Assembly: GCA_010015585.1 (NCBI GenBank)
Contig: ML975150.1
From: Eremomyces bilateralis CBS 781.70
Lineage: Eukaryota
Reading direction: 5' to 3' (one strand)
Length of the DNA stretch: 64,000 bases
How positions within the stretch are numbered: position 1 is the stretch's first letter; the number at the start of each line of letters is the position of its first letter. Made by a program: the position numbers and the translations under genes. The notes beneath the pieces are model-generated. The model was not told the DNA's origin and did no database searches. It saw only the letters and a list, made by a program, of their open reading frames with translations. This document shows positions 1-12,145 of the stretch, in pieces.

Positions 1-2293
1 AAGAATGGCCACTGCTTCCAACCCCCAATCTTTGATGTCCTGTACCGTACCTTTGCCAATATTGTGTGGAATCACGGGGAACGGAGTGTCTCCGTCTATT
101 GGTGCCATGGTGGGTATGCCTCCCGTTGTGAGACATTTAGGTCCGTGTGATGGTCCGATTCGGGAGCCAGCGCCTCAGTCTTGGATGATCGGCGTAACCA
201 AGTCCATGCTAAAGCCGCCAATACTATAATTCGAAGAATAATGAACAACAATGCATGTCACACCTAACCCGACAGAACGGTCCAAGTGTTGCTCACAGCG
301 CAACGATATCCCAACCTGATCGCTCGAGGTGGTGCAGCATCTTGCTTGCGAGGGCACCTTCCCCGCATTCGATGCTGTCTTGGTCATTAAGAGACGTATT
401 ATACGTCGAACACAGCTCAGCCGAAATGCAAATAATGGGAAACTGCATCGGATTTCATGGATGAATATGTAAGTGGTTACCGGCAGCCAACGCAGCCATC
501 GAGGCCGATGTACGTTGCCGTGTCTCCATGCAGATTGTCCCGTCTTCTTCGCCCAGGGATAACCTGGAGACCGGATCCGCCTGCATGACATCGACCCAGA
601 CCATCGACCCAACAGTCGGTACACAGCAAGTGAGATGACCGGATTTGCTGTACGGACGTACAGTATGCAATGATCGACGATTGGAGATCCGATCTCTGAG
701 CAAAGACGAAGATTATTGGAATCACTGGGACGAGCCGTCGCCGGCAGCGAATAACCGCCTTCTCCAGCTCTGGAGTCCCTGGTATTTGGAATGATTGTCG
801 TCTAGGTTGGATTCCAACCGAGTGGGATCTTTCGTGAACTAAAGAAGTGAGCTGTCACATTTTGGACGTCAAGCGGACAGCCGATGCATGACACCCAATC
901 GGGTATGCTCCATTTCGTTGGATATCAGCCTCGTCTCCAAATTCCGGTTATGTGGATGGCCCATGGGACGCCACCTCCCACAACCTCAACATGGTGTGTA
1001 TTGTACCCCATTATCCCGGATCATCCTAGTACTGGCTGAGAACAGATGAACACCTCAATCGAACCCGAAGATGCTTCTCTACGATCTTCCCTGCATCTCC
1101 CTTGTGCACCTGTGCGTCTCCGGAAGAAGAAATCGGAGATGCTGGGTCGGTGGAACTATCGCTGGCGGGTATCGACAGTTTCTCCGCCGTGAGATACATG
1201 ATGGTATTCTCGAAAAGTGTCCGATTCGTTCAGGAGATGTGTCGTTGCATTTACCGTTTACATAAGATCGTCGTAGGCCACCTTTTGGCTCAATGGACCC
1301 TGGCGTGGCTGATCTGTTCCCGCAACCAATCCCTCATCTGATCCACAACGATCATCGTGGCGTTGGGCTGCCTGTCACACTGGCACAGAACCATAGCCTC
1401 TTCCGCTGTACATCCAATCTCTTCTGTGTACAGCCCTGGATATATCTACTCCACTTCGACCGACGGCGCCGCGTCGATCCGATCTGGAGATAATACATGC
1501 AAGCCCTGATAATACCGGCGTATCCACGGTTCTGGATGGAGGTTCGCTTGCGCCCAACCCGTCTAGGACATCATGGCCCCTCGAGGGTTCCTCCAGACAG
1601 GAAGCCGGTGACAATAGGTGGCTGCTATTCCCTTTGATATATTTGATATACCTCGCCTTGGCGCTTCCAGAGACCCTGTATCATTGGGGGTAGAAACGCC
1701 AGTTTGGTAAGCTGCTGCAGTCTTCATCAGTTTGGGAAGGATGCTACGCACTTGATGGTCAGACAAAGTGGATTGCTGGATGAGTCGTGATCCTGGTGGC
1801 GAGACTCTTCTTGCCATGTTCGATTTCCTCTATCGCTTGCCCGCCGGTATCGTGCCTCAGTATGAAAGGTTCAAAAGGAGGGAGGTCGTCGACCTTTCCT
1901 TCAAGCCATCCATTCGCTCAAAGTCCAAAAGTAAAGTTCTTCTTCTTGTTTACTACTACCCAAGTCTCCATAAGCCCAGGTATCCTTAGTACCCTTGATG
2001 TTCACCACGATATTGATACATATATAATCCAATTCCCCAGCATCTTGAGACAACCATCTATCAAGAACCACTCCCTTCGCGATCCAGCATCCGACCCATA
2101 TTCTCGCAGGAAAACCACCCTCCTACTCGTGTTGCTTCAGAAAGCGCGTTTTTACTGAACCGCATCTCCACGACTGGTAAGTGAGCAAGATCAGAGTTCA
2201 GGATCCTGGTCCGACGGCTCGAGTCCAGTTCAGCCTCTGACATCGCATCAGTACCAACAACCCACCCGCAACATCTCACCCCATCTTGGCAAC

Positions 2294-3013
2294 ATGGCCT
2301 ACGTCTCCCACCGCAGCTTCGTCCACGAGCGCCTCTACGGTATCGACAAAGGCTGCGCATCCGAATGGCGTTCCTCCGCCCCCCGACCTATGAAGCGGGA
2401 ACCCAGCTTCCGCAGCACCGATAAACGCGCCGCACACAACGGCAGCCTCCAGAACATCATCGAGCCCGTCCCCGTTCCCGCCACCGCGCCCGCCACCGCT
2501 CCCCCAATCTTCCGCAACGGCCATCACCCGCTCCCGCCCTCCGCCGGTCTCGCTGCCGGCCCACTGGACCTCCACATCGTCGAGCAGCCCAAAGGGATCC
2601 TCCGCGCGGGCCCGCTGTCCGGCGACAAGTTCTCCTTCCGCGTCTCCATTCGTCTACTCCCGACTTCCCCGGCGAACTACATCGACCTCTCCACGCTGTT
2701 CGCGGTGATCACGCTGGTGGGAATGAGCAACACTGGCGTCGAGCGGCCAGTGCCCGCGGGCGCGCTGACGGGTCCGCGGCCGGGGACGCCGCTGGCGACG
2801 TCAGTGTCTTTGGAGAATCCGGCGGGGTTGGGGAGGGAGGTCATGGGTGGGTCGGTAATGGAGGGACATGTCCAGTTTGAGGATCTAGTGATCTCGGCGG
2901 AGGGGATTTTTCGGATTCGTGTGACATTATTGCAGATGGTTGGGGGCGGCGTTCGGGGCGGAAGGGTTTTGCAGACCGTGGAGAGCGACATGATCATGGT
3001 GGAGGAATTGTAA
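2294..3013 (+). CDS. Small divergent velvet-like domain protein (239 aa, intronless)
   Basis: LDLHIVEQP...HVQFEDLVISAEGIFRIRVTLLQM...LQTVESDMIMV echoes the velvet fold hallmarks (L.v.QQP; F.DLSVR.EG.yRL.f.L; v.S..f.V). Codon usage is coding-like. Confidence 0.65.
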   Translation: MAYVSHRSFVHERLYGIDKGCASEWRSSAPRPMKREPSFRSTDKRAAHNGSLQNIIEPVPVPATAPATAPPIFRNGHHPLPPSAGLAAGPLDLHIVEQPKGILRAGPLSGDKFSFRVSIRLLPTSPANYIDLSTLFAVITLVGMSNTGVERPVPAGALTGPRPGTPLATSVSLENPAGLGREVMGGSVMEGHVQFEDLVISAEGIFRIRVTLLQMVGGGVRGGRVLQTVESDMIMVEEL

Positions 3014-3478
3014 GCTATGGCTGTATTTTATAAGGTTAATGAATGTTCTTTGTTTAGTTGTTCATAATAGATTTAGCAGGATACTTGGTTACTTTGGGTA
3101 CACACATTTCTGGACCACAACATTGGCGATTTGAAAGTTCTTTGAGGATGCTCAACCATTTATGCGCTCTTGTTATTTTGTGATGTGGAGACACAGTTTA
3201 TATAGTAAGAGAGTATATCCCATTATTATTCCATCTTTGTTGCTAGCAGTGGGAGGGGTTGAAGAAAACAATGTTCTACGAATAAAGTTTTATGTAACCC
3301 TCAGGGCATCTATCAGAATAATGGTTATAACTCGGGTTACTTTTTTGGGGACGGTCAGGAGGCACACTTCAGCCACTAGAATGAGAAAATCTGTGAATGA
3401 TTGACATGCATTTTTATGCACTAATACTAGTTACCTCAACTATCCCATTAAGCATCTGCTGGATCCCGAATTTTTTTT

Positions 3479-3600
3479 GTGAAGCATTTTCTCTCCCACA
3501 TAAGGCACTGTATCTCTACTAATCTACTATGAAGCAATTTAACTGCTCCATGAAGCATTATATCTCCACTGTAAAGCAATGTAACTCCTTCATGAACCAT
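3479..3600. repeat. Degenerate 21-nt minisatellite, about 5.5 units
   Basis: Units start at 3479, 3500, 3529, 3550, 3571 and 3592, e.g. atgaagcaatttaactgctcc / atgaagcattatatctccact / gtaaagcaatgtaactccttc. Confidence 0.6.
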
Positions 3601-3684
3601 GGATCTTCCCGTGGATCTGTAGATCGCTCGCTGATAGCTTCCCTCAATATCTCAGGCCTTGATGGAAGCAAAGTGGCCTCCAAC

Positions 3685-6339
3685 CTACCCATCATTCTCA
3701 ACACTCTCAACACCCCCATCGTCATGATCATGAGCATGATCATGGACAGAAGCTAACCCAACCGAGGCCGGGTCAATGTAACGGCACGTCAACGCGAACC
3801 TCAGATTCCCGGTCGGCTTCACCTGGTGCTCGAAGTACTTCTGGATCTCCTCCCCGGCCATGATCACGATGTCGCCGTGTGCCAGATGCATGCTCACCGC
3901 ATCTGGGGCAACTCCGGTCTTCTTCAATTTCAACTCCTTGGGGAGCTCCGCCATGCGTGCCCGACGCTGTGCCGGGTCGGGGATGGTGTTCAGCTGTTCA
4001 TGTGCCTCTTTACGAATAGCATGGTCACGGCAGCCTGGCAGCGGAGCGGCGTCGACATAACACCCGTTCTTTGAAGAACCATTGTAGTACTTGGCTTTCA
4101 TTCTAAGGGTCATTATGGCGGGTTGCCCGATGCTGAGGGTAGCAATGACGGGCCCAAGGCCGGTTTCGCCGTCGTCATGATACTGGAGACAGGGTCAGCG
4201 ACGTTGGAGATGTACTATAGCAGACAGGAAACTTACCTTGATCATCTGCTTCTCAAAATACCCAAGTGCAAGGACTTCGTTGAACTCAACGTGCATGCCA
4301 GGAGCAAATTCGGATGTGACTCTCTTTGAAATCCTGTCCATCAAAGAACGAGCAGTACTAATAACAGGGTCTGCATCCTCAATAGGCTTGCTGTCGACCA
4401 TGGCCACATAATTGTACTGGACCCCAAAATTTGCAGCAAAGTGATTCGTGAGGAATCCGCCACGGATGATTGCGCTCTTCATCAGGCGACGACGCAAGCC
4501 GATGTCGACGTTCTGAAGACGATCCCACATGTAGTCTGCCCCACCGGGAACCGCATTCATGGACTTATTCGCGAGAATATGAACGATGCATCCTTTGGCA
4601 CCAGGGATGGTGAAGACATTGGTGCGGCATCCTTCAATGTTCTGCACTCGGTGCTGCATTCCATCGAAACTATGATTGAGGAGATCCCTGTTGAAAGCAA
4701 ATCCATCGGAGATAGGATGCTGGAGGTCCTGGAGGGCAGCAAGGGGAAGGGGAGTTGCTGGAATTGTGTACTTCGCACCACAGTTTGGATTACTGCAAAC
4801 CCAGGCCAACCAATGTTCGCGAGAATTGCAGGAGCCACAGTGCGGGCATACAATTCCACGCCAGGCTTCCCATGACACACCTTGTCCCTGGATGCGGCCC
4901 AGTTCAACAGGCATAGGTGACGGGGCAAGCGAATGAGGCTCCCCATCTGTCTCCCAATGGGTCTTCTGCTTCAAGAACCGCGGGTCAAAGTTGAGATTGT
5001 CGTTTGGTTCCTGCCCGTTCAAGAGCCAGAAGTTTTGGCAGATCTCATTGCCATCATTCAAGCACATCCACCCCTGAAGGTAGATCTGTGGAGACGACCT
5101 CTGGCACTCCGAACAGGTTCGCACAATTGGGGTTGGCAAGCTACCCAGCGGAGCAGGATTGGTAACACCTTGAGGTGCCCACCAACTAACATCCTCCACG
5201 ACGATGCGCTCGAAGCGGAACCTGAACACCCGCTTTCCCCCAATCTTTTCAGACCACACGTGAGTTGGCTTAAACCAGCCAAGCACATTGTAGGGGTGCG
5301 GCATCTTGGACGGGGAGTTCACATTACGTTCTCCACAAATGATAACCACTGCATTCTCGAACTGGGTGTTATTCCGCAGCGCTTGGATGACGCCAGTGAC
5401 AGGCTGGTCATGCTCTCTAGTCATGGCGTCGTCGAACTTTTCTTTGGTAAGTCCTCCACCAGCAGTCGCAATAATGACGTCCGCATCCATGAATTCTCGC
5501 GCTCGAGGGCCAGATGCTAGGTCAAAGGTACAAGAATGTGAAATACCGTTCAACGTGTAAGCACAGGACTGGTAATTCCTCGCGTACAAAAGTGTTTCAC
5601 ACATGGCTTGGCGGCGCTGAGCCCAAACCGGTGGCTCTCCAACGGGATCTGGCTTCGCTTTTGCGTTGGTGATTTGCTGAAGTCGCTCCGAAATGAGTGC
5701 ATAGTCCTGCAGAGACCCATTTCGGCTGAGAACTTCATCCGTATCCATTGACACAGTATTTTCCGCCGTGGTAACCCCTCCACCTGCAACTGGGATTGAG
5801 TTCGGAGTTGCGGTGGGAATAAGCGGGTTCGTCACAATGGCTCCATAGGCGAAATCGGTTGGAGCCTGAGGAGGGGCGGCCAAAGTCCGTGACTCGACAC
5901 CACCCAGAAGCTTTGTGGTACTTTGAGCGGGAGAGACAGAGCTCTGGAAGCTGACCGTTGTCGCCTGAGTCGGGCTGTCAGACATATGCTGAGAATCCGA
6001 TTGCTGAGACGGCACGTAGCTCGATTCTTGAGAGAGTGCTGGCGGAGAAGAGCTGATTGCGGCTGCATAGAAAGTTCCAACATCGGGGCCTTGAGTAGCT
6101 GCCACTGGATCCTCTAGAACATCGAGCCCAGAATCCTTGCGCTTCTTTGTCGCAGGATCGCCGGCATCTTCGTCCGCAATACGCTTGCGCCCAGCTTGAT
6201 CAGCGGGGGCGGGGATGGCAGCATCATGGATAGGAGAGTTGGAATGATTGCGGAGGCTACGGCGACCAGGATGAGCGGCGATGATGCCGTTCACCCCAGC
6301 TGTGGCAACGCCGAGACCTCGAAGCTCCCTCAAAGACAT
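3685..6339 (-). CDS. SRA/SAD-like + Cys-cluster + AlkB-type 2OG-Fe(II) dioxygenase fusion protein
   Basis: ORFs 4195..6348 and 3685..4113 are joined by intron 4183..4236 (GTAAGT..GCTGAC..CAG), giving KQMIK|YHDDGE (HxD). Downstream are L.HGD..IM.G..Q..FEH.V (distal His) and RFALTCR (2OG-binding Arg pair). First ATG is at 6339; upstream exons are not excluded. Confidence 0.85.
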
Positions 6340-6620
6340 TATGGGCAATTAACGCTGAATGACTTGGTGAAAGTCTTGGTGAAAGACTTGGTGTAAGTAG
6401 GGGCAGTAAATCTGCGGAGATTTTTGAAACGAGAATTCCAGAAAAGCAATGACTGATGAGTTGAATCTCTAGTAGCAGCGGATCTGGTTGGCAGTCCCAC
6501 TGGGGTCAGAAGGGGGTGGATCGAGACGTCACTATGCCATTCCCGGTCAGTATACAGCCATTAATGCATGAGAACAGGTCAATACATACATAAAGCAACA
6601 CTGTTCGACAGTATTGCTAG

Positions 6621-6720
6621 TAATCGCTGAGTCGGCGGTCACCTTGGAAAAGGTGATTGCTAAGTCGGCATCCACGGAAAGGCGATCGCTTAGTCGGCGG
6701 TCACTTGTTGGTAGGTGAAA
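6621..6720. repeat. Degenerate ~30-33 nt tandem repeat (3 units) containing a GGAA-loop hairpin
   Basis: Core atcgctNagtcggcggtcac occurs three times. ggcggtcacctt-ggaa-aaggtgattgct can pair. Confidence 0.5.
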
Positions 6721-8456
6721 TCAAAGTGACGCTGGGTCGCTCGACTCAATGAACTGAAGCCGATGAGTCAGCATTCACTTAGCGAAGGTCAAATTGATAG
6801 GTGATTGTAGTCGTCCACTGAGTGAGAAAGTATGTATGAAATGCCCAATCTCATTAGGCTGCTCGAATAGAGGAATAAGGGCAAGGGAATGTAGACTCAC
6901 ATCGAGCTTCCAGTCGGTGGTATGCCGGATGAGTCTCAGTGGACCAGCGCACACTGGTTAACTACAAGGAGTAGCGAAGACTCAACGATGACGGCGAGGG
7001 TTGATGGTGATAGTAGGAGTGATCTCTGATAGACCAAGAGCTCCTGCTAGGTTGATGATGGGGAGGGAGAGCAAAGGGTTTAGTGAGTACAGAGGATAGA
7101 TGATAACTTGTAATTCTCAGAAAACGAATCTCAGAATGAGAGTGGGCAATGGACAGTGAGGGTGAGGGATTGTGCGCGACAGTATGGAGTTCTCAGAAGA
7201 GCTAAGTGCTCTTGCCAGCTTGATGCTGGGGATAGAGGAATGATCTTTACCGTCCAGAGAATTCTGGAGGGATGCAATTGTCCGAAAAAGGATTTCGGAA
7301 AGAAGGTAGGTTGGTGAGAGAGTTAGAAGGAGGGCGGATAAGTGAGAAGAAGATCAAGTAGAAGAAGGCGTTGGGAAGGCCAGATGGCAGTAAAACCGTG
7401 GAGTTGAGGAAAGCACGACTAGCTGGACTTGCCGAACATAGGGGATTATCACAGAAGCAAGGCCACGTGAGTATCGATTCAATAGAGAAGGCGTAGCGCA
7501 CGTGGTTGGGGTCTCAATTAGGAGTGGACTTCGGGCTTTTGTGCGGAGGGCCTAACAGCCCGTGCAATCGAAGAGCAATGGGTGCCGATGCTCACCGCCC
7601 TGTTTTGCACTGAAGCTTGTCTTGGAGAGAGGCTGAAGGTATTACGTCATGCCCATAGGGCTGGAGAGGTCGAGGATATTGCCTTGATCCATCCAACTTG
7701 CGTATTAAGTGCTGCTAGGGACACTTGGAGTCAGCAAGGCCCGAATATCGGATAGGAATCGAGGCATTCAACCAGGCTCAGGATCCCCGGTAGCTTGAGC
7801 CAGATTTCCGCCGAAGAGCCTGCTTGGTTCCGATACGAGTCCATCCCGCTCCCTCGAAGCCAACAGGCAAGGATACCGTATCCAAGAAAGGACAGGAAAG
7901 GGGGACAACATTGGAATGGTGCCAATCGCACTGGGGGGCTTCTGTAAGTTCCATGTTGCCAAATCATCGGGCCCCTCCCGCCAGATCCCTTCTATTTTAT
8001 ATATGCTGACCAGTGGTGCAGGGGACAATTTCCGTTTACCTCAGTCAGCCACGGCATCGTCACTGGCATTATCGACCCGAACCACGAGAAGCGAGGTGGA
8101 TACACCCCTCAGCCTCTCCTCGCACCAGAAATCACGATAGCCCCAGTCTCAACCAGTCCCATTGAGCAATGCAATCAAAGACTCAGATAGCAGGCTAAAC
8201 TTTAATTGGTACGAGCAATGGAAATACAAATCAGAATACTATGCCGTTAGACTTCGGCAAAATGAGTGAGCAAGCGTGACATCGGAATGAAAAAAAGGAG
8301 AGGAGACAATGCAAGACCCGACCAGGTTACAATACATAATCCGCGGATGGGAATGAATGGATTGACGTATATAGGTATACTGGTAAAAGAGATGGGATAG
8401 ATTGGCAAAGCAACTACATTTTGCCGCTGTAATACGTTGTCATTGTCGTTGTCGGT

Positions 8457-8580
8457 GACTCCGCGTCGTCCCGGACTCGGTGTATCGTCCCGGACTCGGC
8501 GTGTTGTTATCGCTGACTCGGCGTATCGTCCCGGACTCGGTATGTCGTCGTCCAACTACGTAGGCTCGGCGTGTCGTCCC
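8457..8580. repeat. Degenerate ~19-nt minisatellite (about 6 units)
   Basis: Unit gactcggcgtatcgtcccg is repeated head-to-tail with variants. Confidence 0.75.
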
Positions 8581-9520
8581 CTATTGGAAAGCAGCCGATT
8601 AATAGAAGGTCACGAAAGAACGGGATATTGCCTCTCTGGCGTCCATGAGGTTCCCTTTGCGCGTGAGAAACCTTCTATACCGCCCATGGCGGAAAGAATC
8701 AATCACCACAGCCTGCTATGTTGCCGGAGCAGGAGGGTGAGCAACATATTCAATCATGGAGGGGCTGGAGGTCGACGATGGATTAACACGTTCGTGATTG
8801 AGGCTGTGAAAGTACAAAGCTGCGGAGCTCCATCAGTCAAACCCCTTAACCTTGTGGATTGCGCAATGGACACGGAGCCGTATGGACTAGGGGCCCAGCT
8901 GAGAAGGTCAGAGGAACGGGGAAAACTCGGGGGTGGCGCTCATTTGCGGGGCCCCTGGGGCAAAGCGAACGCTTTATCTTCCTCGAACAAACTCCGGCAC
9001 CATCAAGTTCAGTTACTCACGTCTACGATGACGGCAAATGGCGAAGATCTATTTTGACAACTGACGTTGGAGTTAGAGAATGGACCGGGTCAGATCCTGC
9101 TGATACATCTACATTCTGCGGTTTGCCGTAAGCCATTTGCCGGCTGGTCGTCAATCGGCAGCCGAAACACGATTCCGCTTCGGATTAGCTTGGGATGGTG
9201 TTTGGCGGGGAACCGGGGATAGCGTCGGAGATTGACCAATCCCCATACTTCGCTACGGTCGGCAATCGGCAGTAAGGAGTAAGACTTGTAATTAGTGATT
9301 TGGCAATTGATGCACACGGTTTGACACACAGTCGGCTCTTCCCAGTTATCCTGGAGCTCGCCCGATAACAGCTCGGAGGCTCCTACGAAGTCGACTGCCG
9401 ATCCTTAGAACCGTGAGGGAGAATCTGACCAGAAGACCAGAGTACATAAATCTACTTCCAACCACCAGAATCACCGCTAAGTTCGTACGACATACGATCC
9501 GACGGACACAAACCTGCACC

Positions 9521-11476
9521 ATGCCTTTCAAAGCTCCCTCCTGGGTGCCGCAGCTCGCGTTCGACCCGCCAGATGACGTCTCGATATGCGACTTCATCCT
9601 CGATGACAAATACGCGCGCCATCCCCTCAAAGACTCGCGACCGCCCTTCGTGTGCGGCATCACGGGCAAGTCATACACGGGACTGGAAGTCAAGGAGCGG
9701 ATTCAGCACGTCGCGGCGGGCCTGTCGAAGGAGCTGGGGTGGTTGCCGAACGACGGCTCGGATTGGGACAAAGTGCTGTGCATATTTAGCACCAATGCGG
9801 TGAGGACAAGACGGACGGGGCGAGAACGAAGGACGGTAGCTCACTGTGGATCTAGATCGATTACTTGACCGTGGCATGGGGCACGCATCGATTAGGAGGT
9901 ATCGTCTCCCCAGCCAACGCCGCCTACAGCGTTTCCGAGCTGGCATATCAATTGAAGAGCTCGGGCTCACAATGCGTGTTCACCTGCGCGCCGCTGCTGG
10001 AAGCAACCTTGGAGGCGGCTAAGGAGGTTGGGATCCCGAAAGAGCGGGTGTACATCCTGGAAGTGCCTGGGCCATCGGCGCCGAAGGAGTTTAAGACGGT
10101 GGATCAATTCATCGACGAAGGTCGCAAACTGCAGCCGTTGGAGAAGCTCGTTTTTAAGCCGGGCGAAGGGGCGAGGCGGATCGCGTTTCTGAGCTATTCG
10201 AGTGGAACATCGGGATTGCCGGTAGGTCAACGACGAGGACGTGTATCAAGAATTCCGCTGATCGATTCATGAAGAAAGGCGTCATGATTACGCACCGCAA
10301 CGTGATCGCGAACACGATGCAGATGTGCACGTTCGAGCGGAAGGATCGAAAGAATCGACAGGAAAAAGAAGGAAGGGCTGATCCGACGCAAGTTGCGCTA
10401 GGTCTGCTTCCGCTCAGTCATATTTATGGGCTGATCGTGATCGCACACTGCCGCGCGTACAGCGGAGATTCAGCCATCATCCTGCCCAAGTTCGAGCCGC
10501 AATCATTCCTCTCCGCGATTCAAACTCACAAGATCAACATTCTATACCTGGTAAGTCCCCGTCCTGGCAGTCTCCCACCATCGCTGACCGGTCCCCCTTA
10601 GGTACCCCCGATTATCGTCCTCATGACGAAGAACAAGCCCCTCCTCGACAAATTCGACCTCAGCTCTGTGATAAACATCTTCACCGGTGCTGCGCCGCTC
10701 GGCGAGGAGACCGCCGCCGACTTGCTGACACAGTTCCCGAGCTGGGTCGTCGCCCAAGGCTACGGGCTGACGGAGACGTGCACCGTGGTCAGCGCGTCCA
10801 AGTTCGACGATGTGTGGCTAGGCAGCAGCGGCTCACTGCTTCCGTCGGTCGAGGCGCGAATCGTCGCGTTGGATGGATCCGAGGTAACAGAATACGGCGT
10901 CCCTGGGGAGCTGTTGGTGAAGGGTCCGTCGTGTACGTTGGGGTACTTTAATAACTCGAAGGCGACGTTTGAGACCTACGAGGATGGGTGGGTGCGGACG
11001 GGCGATGAGGTGGTGATCAAGAAGCATCCGGAGAGTGGGCACGAGCATCTGTTTATCGTGGATCGGATAAAGGAGTTGATTAAAGTCAAGGTACGGCACT
11101 TCATACTCTTTCATTACGCCAAGTGCTAATCCATCCACAGGGCCACCAAGTCGCGCCGGCCGAACTAGAGGCTCATCTACTCACCCACCATGCCGTCAAC
11201 GACTGCGCCGTCATCCCCGTCCCTGATGCCGACGCAGGCGAAGTTCCCAAAGCCTTCGTCGTCAAATCGCCCAACGTCGGCCTGGAGGAGAGCGACCGCC
11301 TGGTCGCGCGCGACATCCAACGGCACGTGGAGAAGCACAAGACGCGGGCGAAGTGGCTGAAGGGCGGGGTGGAGTTCATCGACGTGATTCCGAAGAGCCC
11401 GAGCGGGAAGATTCTCCGGCGGTTGCTGCGGGATAAGGAGAGGGAGAAGCGGCGGGTGGCGGGGCCGAAGATATAG
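9521..11476 (+). CDS. phlA: Phenylacetyl-CoA / 4-coumarate-CoA ligase-like adenylate-forming enzyme with PTS1-like C-terminus
   Basis: AMP-binding YSSGTSGLPKG, plus QGYGLTET, RTGD, DRIKELIKVKG and PKSPSGKILRR. Introns 9800..9855, 10222..10274, 10551..10601, 11091..11140. The N-terminus (CGITGKSY..LSKELGW.PN.GS.WDK) resembles Penicillium PhlA as I recall it. Ends -GPKI. Confidence 0.88.
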
Positions 11477-12145
11477 GATATCGAGTTGAGCGGTGGGCGA
11501 GTCTGAGTTGGATTATTCTGTAGATTGGATCTGTAAGCTGACTGGTGTCTTGGACGATACCCTGCCTAGGTACTGATGTAAACTGATGCGAAGGGAGGAG
11601 CAGTCCTCCGAGTCATTTGATCAGCCGGTATGGATATTGATTAGTGCCCCATTTGTTCCGCTCACAGCGAGTTCGCATACGCCCGATAACAGGAGGCTAG
11701 TTCTGCACCGTCTACGCATGTACCGTGATTATCTCAGTTCCGAAGCCGCATCGCTTGCTTGTTGATACATCGCGTAATCTCCCCAGCGACCCCATCCCTC
11801 GAACTCCCCACCCCGCAGCTCCCTGGGTCCTGGAGCCGATGCCCCTGTCATGCGGGGGGCGAACGACCGAATATACCTGGACCCTCGTGGAGGCTCGCTG
11901 TAAACATGTCCCGGAGTGATGACACGGTCCAATTCACTGGAAAATAATTCGACACGTGCCGGACCCCTCCATGGCCACCGGTTCAACGTGGGTTCACCCA
12001 ATTCACTGAAGTACTATGTATATAAAGGATGGTCGCCCGCTGAATGGAGTGCTTCTGACTTGGATACTTCCTCCTTCTGGTCCGTTTGAAGTACCTGTGC
12101 AGCCGCCATAGGAACTGAACGCGCTCGCATACTCGAGCTTCCACC

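Noticed and set aside
1..2200. Many short ORFs on both strands
   Set aside because: No recognisable motifs, no consistent codon bias and no convincing splice model; at most a degraded relic.
6426..6470. GAAAC ... CTGATGAG, resembling a hammerhead ribozyme core
   Set aside because: The required stems and the GUH cleavage triplet cannot be formed in the right order.
8437..9057. 206-aa ORF, and a CRISPR-like look of the 8457-8580 repeats
   Set aside because: The ORF starts at TTG, runs through a minisatellite and has no motifs. The repeats are head-to-tail without unique spacers, there are no cas genes, and the context is eukaryotic.
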